NCBI GenBank assembly: GCA_963669175.1
Contig: OY769902.1
Span: forward strand, 1,760,001-1,824,000
Direction of reading: 5' to 3'
Length of the DNA: 64,000 nt
From: a bacterium
Lineage (GTDB): Bacteria; Electryoneota; Electryoneia; Electryoneales; Electryoneaceae
Part shown: positions 18,954-28,565 of the stretch, one piece after another
Layout: the number at the start of each line of letters is the position of its first letter
How positions within the stretch are numbered: position 1 is the first letter of the stretch
Translations under genes and position numbers: made by a program
The notes under the pieces: generated by a model
Seen by the model: only the letters and a program-made list of their open reading frames with translations
What the model was told of the DNA's origin: nothing
The model's database searches: none

Positions 18954-19179
18954 GGAAAAAGGGGACAGTTTCCTTTCCCTGGGGCAAAGCCTTCCCGCTG
19001 TGAGCATGGACCGGGAAAGGTGGCTGTACCCTTTTTCTTGAGAGCAGGCAGGACGTACACGGAAAAGGGTACAGTTTCCTTTTCCACAAGTTCGGCGAGA
19101 GTTTTTCATATGCGCGCGAGGAAAAGGATCCCGTCCCCTTTTCCCGGCAATCCTTATTATGTCGGAATAAAATCGAGAA
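18954..19179. repeat. ~226-bp composite element with four GGAAAAGGGGACWGTCCCCTTTTCC-type palindromes (copy A)
   Basis: Palindromes at 18954, 19013, 19061, 19120; second copy at 28251-28475. Confidence 0.85.
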
Positions 19180-19282
19180 CAGCAATACAAGATGTACAGG
19201 ATGTTGAAGGATGATCAGGATGGGAAATGATTGCTTGAGATAACTTTAGAATATAGTAGCGTGTCAACTTTTTACCTTTTGC

Positions 19283-19424
19283 TGTTATCCCCGGCTTCGA
19301 CCGGGGATCTCGCGGGATATCGTGTAAAGCCCGTTTGGCACTACTTGTGCGTCGTGGTGTACGTCTAACAGTCGGGATACTGGTAGCGCAACCTCGAGAT
19401 CCCCGTTCAAGCCGGGGATGACAT
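19283..19424. repeat. Inverted REP pair (GTCATCCCCGGCTTGAACGGGGATCTCG family)
   Basis: Left arm 19283-19312; right arm CGAGATCCCCGTTCAAGCCGGGGATGACA 19395-19423. Confidence 0.85.
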
Positions 19425-19549
19425 GGGGATGGGGGATGGGGATGGGGGATGGGGATGACATGGGGATGGGGATGACATGGGGATGGGGTGGGGATGACAT
19501 AGGGACTGGGGGATGGGGATGACATGGGGATGGGGGATGGGGATGACAT
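19414..19549 (+). repeat. Irregular G-rich tandem array (GGGGAT/GGGGGAT/GGGGATGACAT), G-quadruplex-prone
   Basis: Six GGGGATGACAT units (19414, 19451, 19468, 19490, 19515, 19539) interspersed with GGGG(G)AT. Confidence 0.9.
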
Positions 19550-19700
19550 GGATATTGGGAGGACGGATGGCCCGATGCACAGGTGACAATACTTCCATAC
19601 CAAACGGAGCAGGCAAACTCTCACAAGAACAAGCCTTACCAGTTGTTCTTCGAGTGCGTCGGGATGAATGAAAAACAATACCTTATAACTTCAAATCAAA

Positions 19701-20321
19701 CTACAATGAAAATCTGCGTAACCGTTGGAAAACGACCGGCACCAGCAGGATAAACACCAGTGTATTGGTTACCAGGTGCATCACGACAAAGGGCAATCCC
19801 AGCAGGAAATACGCCAGCCAGTTGTGCCAGTGAAGCAGACCTGCGGAGAGTGGGAAGGCCAGGGAGGTCAGGGAATCATAAATGAATGTAAGCAGCAGGC
19901 CGAAGCAGCCGCTGATAATCACCTGAATTTTCAAAGGGGATTGTTGTAACCACGACCGCAACAAACCGAAAGTCATCCCCATGAGCCCCATTCCGGTTAT
20001 CTGGGCGGCCCATACGGGCGGATAAGGCAGTCCCCAGGCATTCAGACCGCCGTAGATCAACATGGCGAACCCACCGACGACAAAACCACTCGATGCTCCG
20101 AGCGTCAAACCGGCAAGCGCGACGGTAGCGCTGATCAGCTCGAAGTTCGGCACGATCGTCAGCAGGTAGCCGAGGGCCACAGCAGCAGCCGTAAACATGG
20201 CAACACGAGCCAGCAAAACAGCCTGGCTTCTCTTGAACCGTGCCGAATGCTCGAACGGGTCACCGGGGTTGTTGGAATTGTGCTGATTTTCCACGATTTT
20301 TCGACCTGGTTTCTTTTGCAT
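19701..20321 (-). CDS. ECF transporter S-component-like membrane protein (start uncertain)
   Basis: Six hydrophobic segments; VPNFELIS, YDSLT, HLVTN motifs. Confidence 0.7.
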   Translation of the reverse strand: MQKKPGRKIVENQHNSNNPGDPFEHSARFKRSQAVLLARVAMFTAAAVALGYLLTIVPNFELISATVALAGLTLGASSGFVVGGFAMLIYGGLNAWGLPYPPVWAAQITGMGLMGMTFGLLRSWLQQSPLKIQVIISGCFGLLLTFIYDSLTSLAFPLSAGLLHWHNWLAYFLLGLPFVVMHLVTNTLVFILLVPVVFQRLRRFSL

Positions 20322-20573
20322 GCCACGCAAAGTTAGGTCCGGCAGAGAAACTTTGCAATCATGCGGGAACCCTCGGAACAGTATATTCATCTAACATTCA
20401 CTGGAGGAGAAGCGGCGACTTTCGTCACATGACATTCAGGGCCTTGAGTCCTATATTACGGAGTTGAAGCATTCCTCTAACTCTGGGCCACGTAAATCGG
20501 TTCAGAAGGAACTGAGCGTTTCAGGAATAAGTACAAAAAACACCTTCCATTGGGGATTGAAAGCGAGAAAAGG

Positions 20574-22061
20574 ATGCCAGGGACAGTTCATCAGGAAGCC
20601 GGGAAGACAAGATGCTGTATACGTATTTATAGCACCGTGGGCTTTATGCTCCTGTTGGTGACTGCCATTCTCGTTTCCGGATTAACAATTCCTGTCACCG
20701 CACAAGAGGATGAAGGGTGGGAAGTGTTTATCGTGTCCAAGGACAATGAGACGGATGCGATGTTGTACGCCTCGGTTGTCAGGGAAGAATCCAACTACGA
20801 CCCTGAGATCGCACAGTTTGGCAATGCCTTTCGTCTGATTATTGCAGATTTGCCTACGAGCGCGGAAGCGGAAGAAGTCGCTGCGGAAATGCGTCAGCTT
20901 GGTTTTACCCAGGCACGTGCTGTCGTTGGGATGCTGGCCCAGCAGCACATGTCAGCGATGGAGGCAGTACAGGCAACGCCACGACCAGCTCCACAACAAC
21001 CAGCTTCTACACCGGCCGCTTCGCCTTCACCGCAACCGACTGGGCAGCAGCTACCTGTTGCGACAACGCCACCTCAGAGTACGCCAGCCGTGTCCAGCGC
21101 TGCAATCCCGGAACCGAGCCCGGAGCCGACAACAGCCGGCGAGACACCGCTGATTGCGATGAGCAACGAAGACAGCATGCAGGATGCCAACCAGAACGCA
21201 TGGGAAGATCAGCCTTTAACAGTGCCCACATCCTCACAACAATCACAGGCGCAGCCTCAGACGCAACCACAGCAACAAGCGATACCGACAACGCAGTCTG
21301 CGGTTCAACCTGCTGTGCAACCCAGTGCGCAACCGGTATCACAGCCAACCACAGCGCCGCAAACGCAGGCTGATCCGGAAACACCGTTGAGCAGTCCGTT
21401 GTTTGATACACCGATATCCCATCGAGATACGGCTGCGAATCAAGCCAATGCCGCCCCAATTGCAGTACCCGTTCAGGAAGAAAAAGAAGAACCTGTTATT
21501 ACGCCGCCGCCTGTTGTTCAGCCGGTAGCGCAGAAGCAGCAGGAAAAGCCTGAACCGGAACCGGTGGTGAAGAAAACGCCAGAGCCGACGCCTGCGCCAG
21601 CGACCAATCGTAACGATGATCAAGGTCCACCGATCAAGTGGGTGCGTGTGACGGATCATGGGGAAGTGGAAGTCCCGCGTGGCCATGCAGAGCTGAATCC
21701 TGCGCCTCCGGAACGAAGTGTTTCCAGTACGGCACCAGCGCCGACGTCAGCACCGGTAGCCACGAGAAAGCCGCAGCCGGTTACCTCCCCGGATCGCCAT
21801 CTTCCGCCGCCCACTCCTGACGAGGAACTGGCGTGGCGTATCCAGATCATGGCGCTGTTCCAGTCACCATATGAGACGGCTGTGCAGGAGGCGAAACAAG
21901 CGGAACGTGACCTTGGTGTCCCGGTACGGGTGAAAGTGACTGCCGGGGGCGCTTTGCTGCTCCAGGTGGGGAAATACCGTTCTGAGGCCGATGCGATGCG
22001 CGCGCTTCCTATCGTAAAACAACTCGGCTACAAAGACTCATACCTCATTCATACCCGGTAA
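20574..22061 (+). CDS. Secreted SPOR-domain protein with long Pro/Gln/Thr-rich linker (start uncertain)
   Basis: Signal peptide ...IPVTA-Q; C-terminal WRIQIMA...LQVGKYRSEADA...LGYKDSYL; weaker N-terminal SPOR-like segment. Confidence 0.75.
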   Translation: MPGTVHQEAGKTRCCIRIYSTVGFMLLLVTAILVSGLTIPVTAQEDEGWEVFIVSKDNETDAMLYASVVREESNYDPEIAQFGNAFRLIIADLPTSAEAEEVAAEMRQLGFTQARAVVGMLAQQHMSAMEAVQATPRPAPQQPASTPAASPSPQPTGQQLPVATTPPQSTPAVSSAAIPEPSPEPTTAGETPLIAMSNEDSMQDANQNAWEDQPLTVPTSSQQSQAQPQTQPQQQAIPTTQSAVQPAVQPSAQPVSQPTTAPQTQADPETPLSSPLFDTPISHRDTAANQANAAPIAVPVQEEKEEPVITPPPVVQPVAQKQQEKPEPEPVVKKTPEPTPAPATNRNDDQGPPIKWVRVTDHGEVEVPRGHAELNPAPPERSVSSTAPAPTSAPVATRKPQPVTSPDRHLPPPTPDEELAWRIQIMALFQSPYETAVQEAKQAERDLGVPVRVKVTAGGALLLQVGKYRSEADAMRALPIVKQLGYKDSYLIHTR

Positions 22062-22145
22062 AACACTATTGCGCTTTCAACTACGCGCCATTTGCAGGTA
22101 GCCCGGCCATGCCTGGCCGGGAAAATGTCTCTGCGATAACCGCTG

Positions 22146-23579
22146 CTAGAGCAACGGGCTCAGCAGCTTCGCAATCTGCTGGATGATCCGTTTGTAGAAA
22201 GGACGTTCCTGCACTTGCTTCAGGGTGAGTTCGGTCGAATTCACCAGGTACCATTGACAAATCTCGCCCAAACGCCGGGTCACACGGTCGCTGTAAAAAA
22301 CCAGGTTGATCTCATAGTTCAGGGAGAAGGACCGGATATCAAAATTGCTTGATCCGAAGAAAGTATACGCATCATCAATCATCATGGACTTGGTATGTAG
22401 AATCCCCAGATGAAATTCGTAGATATGGATATTCTGTTCCAGCAGATATTCGTAGTAGGCTTTCCCTGCCATGTCTACCCAGAAGTGATCCCCACGTTTC
22501 GGCACCAGCAGGTTGACAGTCACCCCACGCAGAGCAGCGGCCTGCATGGCCTGGAAAAAGGGTTCATCGGGAATGAAATACGGTGTTGTTATGGTCACTT
22601 CCTTTTGGGCCGTGTAAAGTGCGGTGACCACCATGCGCTGGTATATCTCCGAATTATAACTCGGGCCGGAGGGAACAACCTGTACATGTGTATTTCCGAC
22701 AATCTTCGGATCAGGAAACAGCTCTGGCGCATCGAGCAGGGTTTTGGTTTCGAAGAACCAGTCGGTAAGGAACACCCACTGCAAATCAATCACGGCTGGA
22801 CCTTCGAGACGGGCAAACATATCATGCCAGACCTGGTCATGACGACCATAATCCTCATTCGCGATATTCTGTGATCCGGTATAGCCGATTTTGCCATCAA
22901 TCACGGCAATCTTACGGTGATTGCGGAGGTCGATACGGTCCAGTTTACGCCGCAAAAGATGCACCGGCAAAGCGTACTGAAACTCAACCCCGTGTTCGAT
23001 CAGGTATGCGCCAATGGTTTTGTGAAGTTTCGATGATCCCACCGCATCTACCAGAACCCGGCATTTGACGCCGCGTTCGGCTGCGCCAGCCAACGCTTCC
23101 GCTACCTGACGCCCGGATTCGTCGTCCATGAATATATAGAACAACAGGTGAACATGATGAGTTGCGTTTCCAATATCTTCGACCAGCCGTTCAATCGAAT
23201 CATGGCTGCTGTGAAACAGTTCGACAGCGTTGCCAAGTCGCACCGGCAAATGGCTCACAGCTTCGGCCAGTTTTGCAACGCCACTGTCTTTGACCACCAG
23301 TTCCGGTGGGGCGAAGGCTGCCTGGTTCTGAAAACGTGTGATCAGGCGGCGGGATTTATCCAGTAGCTGGGCGTGACGGTCTATGCGTCTGCGGGGAAGA
23401 CGATGGTTCCCGATTGCCAGGTACAGGAACAGGCCCGGGTACGGTAGGAACAGAATGATAATCATCCATGGATATACTGTGTTGATCTGACGTCGTCGCA
23501 TGAGGACGACGATCATCACAACACGTATGATCCACTCGGAGATCTCAAACGCTGAATAGAGTAGCGACCAGGTTAACAT
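22146..23579 (-). CDS. cls: Cardiolipin synthase
   Basis: Two HKD motifs (NHRKIAVIDG, LHTKSMMIDD); two N-terminal TM helices. Confidence 0.93.
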   Translation of the reverse strand: MLTWSLLYSAFEISEWIIRVVMIVVLMRRRQINTVYPWMIIILFLPYPGLFLYLAIGNHRLPRRRIDRHAQLLDKSRRLITRFQNQAAFAPPELVVKDSGVAKLAEAVSHLPVRLGNAVELFHSSHDSIERLVEDIGNATHHVHLLFYIFMDDESGRQVAEALAGAAERGVKCRVLVDAVGSSKLHKTIGAYLIEHGVEFQYALPVHLLRRKLDRIDLRNHRKIAVIDGKIGYTGSQNIANEDYGRHDQVWHDMFARLEGPAVIDLQWVFLTDWFFETKTLLDAPELFPDPKIVGNTHVQVVPSGPSYNSEIYQRMVVTALYTAQKEVTITTPYFIPDEPFFQAMQAAALRGVTVNLLVPKRGDHFWVDMAGKAYYEYLLEQNIHIYEFHLGILHTKSMMIDDAYTFFGSSNFDIRSFSLNYEINLVFYSDRVTRRLGEICQWYLVNSTELTLKQVQERPFYKRIIQQIAKLLSPLL

Positions 23580-23646
23580 GATCCGCTCACCATCATCCTG
23601 TTCATATATGGTGGTTCTTCTGTTCCAGCTGATTCGAATAGCAATC

Positions 23647-23848
23647 AGCCTGCTTCAGCAGGCTCTTCTTAGCACCCGGCTTCAGTCGGGGTGTTCATGG
23701 TGACAAAGAAATGACGAGCGCCCTTCAGGGTGCTTTCCTGAATCAGGACTTGTACAAGGCAAGCACGCTAAAGCGCGCTCAGAATGATCTCCGCATCTTT
23801 ACACCCCGGCTGAAGCCGGGTGCTAAAAAGAGCAGGCTAAAGCCTGCT
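23647..23848. repeat. REPIN-like inverted element of six small hairpins
   Basis: TTAGCACCCGGCTTCAGTCGGGGTGT 23669-94 versus ACACCCCGGCTGAAGCCGGGTGCTAA 23801-26 (25/26); flanking hairpins with TTCA/TAAA loops. Confidence 0.85.
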
Positions 23849-23856
23849 AAAATTGT

Positions 23857-23928
23857 CAGATAGCAGAATGAATTCAGATTGCAGAATGAATTCAGATTGC
23901 AGAATGAATTCAGATAGCAGAATAAATA
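23857..23928. repeat. Four-copy 18-bp tandem repeat CAGATWGCAGAATGAATT
   Basis: Units at 23857, 23875, 23893, 23911. Confidence 0.9.
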
Positions 23929-24153
23929 TTGAAGAATGGAAATAGTGTCAGCCTGAATAATTCTCTTTCGGGAGAGAGTTTAGTTATGTCAAATACTAAG
24001 TTTTTGCAAAGCTAACGCCTACCCGACTCATGGGAAGATTGTTATCAACAAAAAAATTGCAAGATCCTTTTGTACACTCCTATAGTCAGTTTACAATTAC
24101 TGTTTTCCTGTTGCAAGTGAACATGCTTACAGACTGAATTATTGTCAATTACC

Positions 24154-25395
24154 TTAAATCGCCTCGCCAGCTCCAAGATAGAAACGTACCGGCCCCTCCG
24201 GCGCGTAACAGAAATCAAGTCTGAACACCAGGTCCGGCGGGAGTACGGCATGAATCCCGATACCGAAACCGTGACGCGTCTCATGCCAGCCGCACTGCGG
24301 ATCACCAATCACGCCTACGTCATAGAACGGCACAATCTCATAGTCCAGCAGTGAGGGGGGCAAAACATGCCACAGGTTGTGCAGGGGAACCCAGGGAAAG
24401 CCGGAATTGTGGGCGATGGTATGATAGTATTGTACTCGACCGGATAAATAGCGGCGTCCCCATTCACGCATGTAAGGCTGTCCACGGTGATTTCGGTCCC
24501 AGCCCAGGAATTGCTGCACGGGTTGCGGCGCTTCAAGCTGGAAAATGGTCCAGGCACGCAGGTAGAATCGGCTACGTTCGGTAACAGGTATCGCCCAGGC
24601 TATCTTCCCTTCGAAATCCATATCGAAACGAGGGACAGCGTAGGCGTCTCCATCGGTACGTCCCGCACGAACCGCCGATTCAAATACCCAGCCATCGGTG
24701 GGACGAACCGGGTTTGTGTTTGAGTAGCGGGCACGGAAACCGATCAGTTCCACATCCGCGTCTTCAAATCGTGCAAATGTACTGCGGGGGATATTTCTTC
24801 CATCGGTATAGAGCAGGGATTTTTTCGGATCGTTGGGATCACGCAGGTCACGCGCTTCCCTTGTGCGAACAAAGCGTACCAGCGTGGTCGGTCCTATTTC
24901 CCATCCGCTGTTTCCCATTTTTTTCAGTGCGGAGATGTTAAACTCGTATTGAGTCTGGAGCGCTCCGGCGAGAATTTGCGGATCATTATCGGATAACGTA
25001 TAAATGTAGAGAACTTTTTGTGCAATCCATGAAATATCCAGGATTCGCCAATTTTCGGTTTCAATTTCCATGGAGGAGATACCGCCTTCGAGCAACCCGC
25101 CCAAGGAGCCGTCTATGAAGAAGAGTGAATAAAAACCTGGCTCTTTGGAAATACCGCCTCCAGCGCCCACGACCAGCCCTAAATCACTGTTGGCGAAGGC
25201 ATAGGGCGCTCCCAGGAAACGGACTTTACCGGTTTCTTCTGTCGGATTTGCCTGTTCCACCAGCGTATCCAGCATCGTTACAGCCTGCTGAGGGGCGTCC
25301 TGTTGATCAGATTGGGCCACTGTTTGAGAGGAAGGGCTGAACCCGTTCGCGAGGGTAAGCGTAAATGCAAGAAAACCGATAACAAATAGCCTCAT
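24154..25395 (-). CDS. Omp85/BamA-TamA-family barrel protein without POTRA domains
   Basis: Signal peptide; PYAFANSDLGL, FYDVG, GFGIG, RLD, FYLGAGE. Confidence 0.7.
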   Translation of the reverse strand: MRLFVIGFLAFTLTLANGFSPSSQTVAQSDQQDAPQQAVTMLDTLVEQANPTEETGKVRFLGAPYAFANSDLGLVVGAGGGISKEPGFYSLFFIDGSLGGLLEGGISSMEIETENWRILDISWIAQKVLYIYTLSDNDPQILAGALQTQYEFNISALKKMGNSGWEIGPTTLVRFVRTREARDLRDPNDPKKSLLYTDGRNIPRSTFARFEDADVELIGFRARYSNTNPVRPTDGWVFESAVRAGRTDGDAYAVPRFDMDFEGKIAWAIPVTERSRFYLRAWTIFQLEAPQPVQQFLGWDRNHRGQPYMREWGRRYLSGRVQYYHTIAHNSGFPWVPLHNLWHVLPPSLLDYEIVPFYDVGVIGDPQCGWHETRHGFGIGIHAVLPPDLVFRLDFCYAPEGPVRFYLGAGEAI

Positions 25396-25544
25396 GATTT
25401 TCCCCGGTATATGGATCTCTTTCGGACTTGAGAATTGTACCTGGTATAGCTGGAATGATTTTACTGCCGGGAGGTATGTTATGCAAATGCTGATACCACT
25501 ATATTTATCGTTTCAGTAGCTTTTCTCTACACAGGCCTTTTTGC

Positions 25545-26693
25545 ATGCTGGGAATACACTTGCAAAGTCGTTTAACAACCGTTCCTTTACGCATCTCCCT
25601 GATTGCGTTCGCTCTCCTGTTCGCTGTACCCGGCCACGCACAGCTTCCCGGTAAAGGATTGGGCTATTTCGGCTGGAAAGTGATTGGTATTCCCTATGTA
25701 TATGGCAATAGCGATGACGGTCTGATCTTCGGGGTGTCAGCCGAAGCCACGTCACCGGGCGGCCAATACATGCAAGGGTATGTACAGGCTACATCTGGTG
25801 GGGCTCTCGCGGTCCGTGTAAAAGGTGAACTCCAATTCAGTTCTTTCCGGATTGTTGGTCGGGTGAAGGCGCAACAGGGAAATGAGTATCTCTACCCGAC
25901 ATCAGCAGTTGATCCCAAATGGATGGCCCGGGCGGATGTGTACCGTCTGGAAGCGCAGAGCGCCATGCTGTTCGAGGCGGCGTCACATCTTGAGATCGGA
26001 CCTGATGTGGAAGTATTGCTGACCGATGCAAAGAAACTGGAAGATCAAAATGAACAATCACTGCCCGACAATTCTATTGCACGATTTACACGCGGCTCTC
26101 ATGCGCTGATCGGTGTGCGGCTGCGGTATCGTACGATGGACCCGATACGTCCGCTGCGTGGTTTTATGGTTGACGGCGCGTTTCGGATTGGCAGGCTGGG
26201 TGGTGCGACAGATATCCGCTTTGATTATGCCTCCGAGGTTACTCTTGCCGGCGCCATCCCGATATGTTGTGACCTGCGCTGGTTTAATCGCATGTACGGC
26301 AAGCGCCAGATGGAAGCCACCCCTCCTATACAGACGGAACTGGGTGGTATCAAGACGCTACGGGGGCAGCCATCCGGACGAGACTATGGCAGGACTCAAT
26401 TGGCCGGACGTTCGCAGGTCCATTGGACTATCGCGCATGGCTGGCGGGGCTTCTTTGGGACGCTTCATTCGATTATCCATGGCATCCCGGCATGGAAAGT
26501 CGATGTGGAAACCGTGGCGTTTTATGATGTGGGTATGACCGGTGATCCTACGTACGGCTGGCGGAAAATGAGGCATGGGGTGGGGGGCGGTTTCAGGATT
26601 GTCTTACCCCCGACACTGGTACTACGTGCGGATGTCGCGGTCTCACCCGGTGGAAGCCCGGCATTCTATATTGGTGTAGGTGAGGAATTGTAA
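25545..26693 (+). CDS. Omp85/BamA-TamA-family barrel protein without POTRA domains (paralog)
   Basis: Signal peptide ...PGHA-Q; PYVYGNSDDGL, LGGIKTLRG, FYDVG, GVGGGFR, FYIGVGE. Confidence 0.72.
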   Translation: MLGIHLQSRLTTVPLRISLIAFALLFAVPGHAQLPGKGLGYFGWKVIGIPYVYGNSDDGLIFGVSAEATSPGGQYMQGYVQATSGGALAVRVKGELQFSSFRIVGRVKAQQGNEYLYPTSAVDPKWMARADVYRLEAQSAMLFEAASHLEIGPDVEVLLTDAKKLEDQNEQSLPDNSIARFTRGSHALIGVRLRYRTMDPIRPLRGFMVDGAFRIGRLGGATDIRFDYASEVTLAGAIPICCDLRWFNRMYGKRQMEATPPIQTELGGIKTLRGQPSGRDYGRTQLAGRSQVHWTIAHGWRGFFGTLHSIIHGIPAWKVDVETVAFYDVGMTGDPTYGWRKMRHGVGGGFRIVLPPTLVLRADVAVSPGGSPAFYIGVGEEL

Positions 26694-26707
26694 GCAACAT
26701 TGATATA

Positions 26708-28168
26708 CTCGGTTTTGTTGAATTACTCAGGTCTTGCAAAAAGTAAAAGGCATGGTTCATTTTACAACCAAGAAGACGCCAAATCTCTTCAGTTGTAAAG
26801 GAGATAACCATGCCTGTCATAACATCGTCATTTTTTGAGTTACTTGCAAGTTTTCGTCCGGTGTTTCGGAAGCCTGTTTATGAGAATTTTGTACTGTTGG
26901 CTATCGGCGCTGTATTGAATTTCGGTCGTCAGACAGTCTGTCAGTTATTACGTGTATTTCCCGGACCGGTAGCGAAGAGTTGGTCTTGTTATCACCATTT
27001 TCTTTCGTCTGCCAACTGGTCCGCCCTGAAACTGGCAAAGATTCTCTGCTCTTTGATACTTGATCAGATTGCCGAACGTGATCCGATCCTTCTGATCGTG
27101 GATGATACCCTGATCCGTCGTTGGGGAAAGCATGTTTACCAGATATCCGTTCACCGCGATCCCGTCCGTTCGGGCAAAGCAGGGACAAAAGTCGTTTATG
27201 CTCGCGGTCTTCAATGGATGGTGATTTCGATTGGTTTGCGCACCCGTTATCGTTCGCAGATCTGGGCGCTTCCTGTATTCGTGTTTCCGGAGATCGCCAA
27301 AAAGCGTGTTCCGGAATCGAAGTACCGCAGTCCTGTACACCTGATCATTCTCGGGGCGCGTCTGCTGCTTCGATGGTTCCCGGACCGCCGTTTCCTTATC
27401 CTTGCCGACGGTACGTTGAACTCCCACGAACTTCACCGTTTCGTGGCGAAAGAGAACCGTCTTGCTATCATCGGGCATTCGCGTATGGATACGGTGCTGC
27501 ATGATCCGCCGCCTCCACCGAACGGGAAACGTGGACGTCCGCGCAAAGTCGGTGACCGTTTGCCCGCACCGGGACAAGAGGCGAAAAAGCCGGATGCTGC
27601 CTGGGAAAAAGCGTCTTGCCTCTGGTATGGGAACAAGACAAAAGACCTGTTGCTGCTTTCCGGTGTTGGCTGCTGGTACCGTTCCGGGGAAGATGTTGTC
27701 CTGATACGCTGGGTGGTGGCGCGTGATCCCGACGGCAAAAACAAGGACATTGTCTTATCTACATCCAAAACAGACTTAACCCCGGCCCAGGTTGTCAGCT
27801 CATATGTACGACGATGGGCGTTGGAAACCACGTTTGAAGAGTCACGGAAACATCTGCGTATCGAAACGACAGAAAACTGGTCAAAAAAATCGATTCAAAG
27901 AACAGTGCCCCTGCTGTTTGGCTTGTTCAGTCTGATGGTTGTTTGGTATAGTCAGCAGCCAGAGCAGAAAGCTGTTGCGCAAACAGAGTGGTACACAAAA
28001 CTGGAACCCAGTTTCTCAGACGTGCATCAGGCATTGCGTGCTGAATTGTGGATGCAGGCGATTTTTCCCGAATGCAAGCAGCCACGCGGATTCTTAAAAA
28101 AGAAAAGCAATATCCTTAAATTCCTTATTCACAAAGCCGCTTGATCCGCTAAAATGAGCAAAACCGAG
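26708..28168 (+). mobile_element. IS701-family-like insertion sequence
   Basis: Terminal IRs CTCGGTTTTG 26708-17 / CAAAACCGAG 28159-68; flanking direct repeat TGATATA 26701-07 and 28169-75 (or GATAT if the IRs are 1 bp longer). Confidence 0.88.
26810..28144 (+). CDS. DDE transposase (IS701/DDE_5-like)
   Basis: IVDDT, LADG, KRGRPRKVG, YVRRWALETTFEESR; intact 444 aa. Confidence 0.9.
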   Translation: MPVITSSFFELLASFRPVFRKPVYENFVLLAIGAVLNFGRQTVCQLLRVFPGPVAKSWSCYHHFLSSANWSALKLAKILCSLILDQIAERDPILLIVDDTLIRRWGKHVYQISVHRDPVRSGKAGTKVVYARGLQWMVISIGLRTRYRSQIWALPVFVFPEIAKKRVPESKYRSPVHLIILGARLLLRWFPDRRFLILADGTLNSHELHRFVAKENRLAIIGHSRMDTVLHDPPPPPNGKRGRPRKVGDRLPAPGQEAKKPDAAWEKASCLWYGNKTKDLLLLSGVGCWYRSGEDVVLIRWVVARDPDGKNKDIVLSTSKTDLTPAQVVSSYVRRWALETTFEESRKHLRIETTENWSKKSIQRTVPLLFGLFSLMVVWYSQQPEQKAVAQTEWYTKLEPSFSDVHQALRAELWMQAIFPECKQPRGFLKKKSNILKFLIHKAA

Positions 28169-28250
28169 TGATATAGTTGTTCTGTCATATGTTCATTTGC
28201 TGTATCAGTGCGAGATCCACTGTATGGTTAATGGTTAGAGGAAAGGAAAT

Positions 28251-28475
28251 GGAAAAAGGGGACTGCCTCCTTTCCCCGGGGTAAAGCCTTCCCGCTGTGA
28301 AAATGGACCGGGAAAGGTGGCTGTACCTTTTTTCTTGAGAACAGGCTGGAATTATACGGAAAAGGGGATAGCTTCCTTTCCCACGAGTTCAGCTAGCGTT
28401 TTTTGTGTGAGTGCGAGGAAAAGGATTCCGTCTCCTTTTCCCGACAATCTCATCACAACGGAATAAAATCGAGAA
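28251..28475. repeat. ~225-bp composite palindromic element (copy B of 18954-19179)
   Basis: Colinear with copy A, about 84% identical by manual count. Confidence 0.85.
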
Positions 28476-28565
28476 TCATTATATTCCACTACGAACCCTA
28501 AGATATTGAGTGGCGGCTGTTTAAGGCATTACAACAGAAACAACAAACCATAAAGCAACACTACC

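Noticed and set aside
18954-19144. CRISPR array (25-bp palindromic repeats with ~30-bp spacers)
   Set aside because: Repeats differ from each other, spacer lengths vary from 23 to 34 bp, the same spacers recur in the second copy, and there are no cas genes.
19157-19678. Pro/Ser/His-rich ORFs on the minus strand
   Set aside because: Artefacts of translating the GGGGAT array and REP.
20321-20560. Cobalamin or other vitamin riboswitch upstream of the ECF S-component
   Set aside because: No B12-box or other recognisable consensus on the minus strand.
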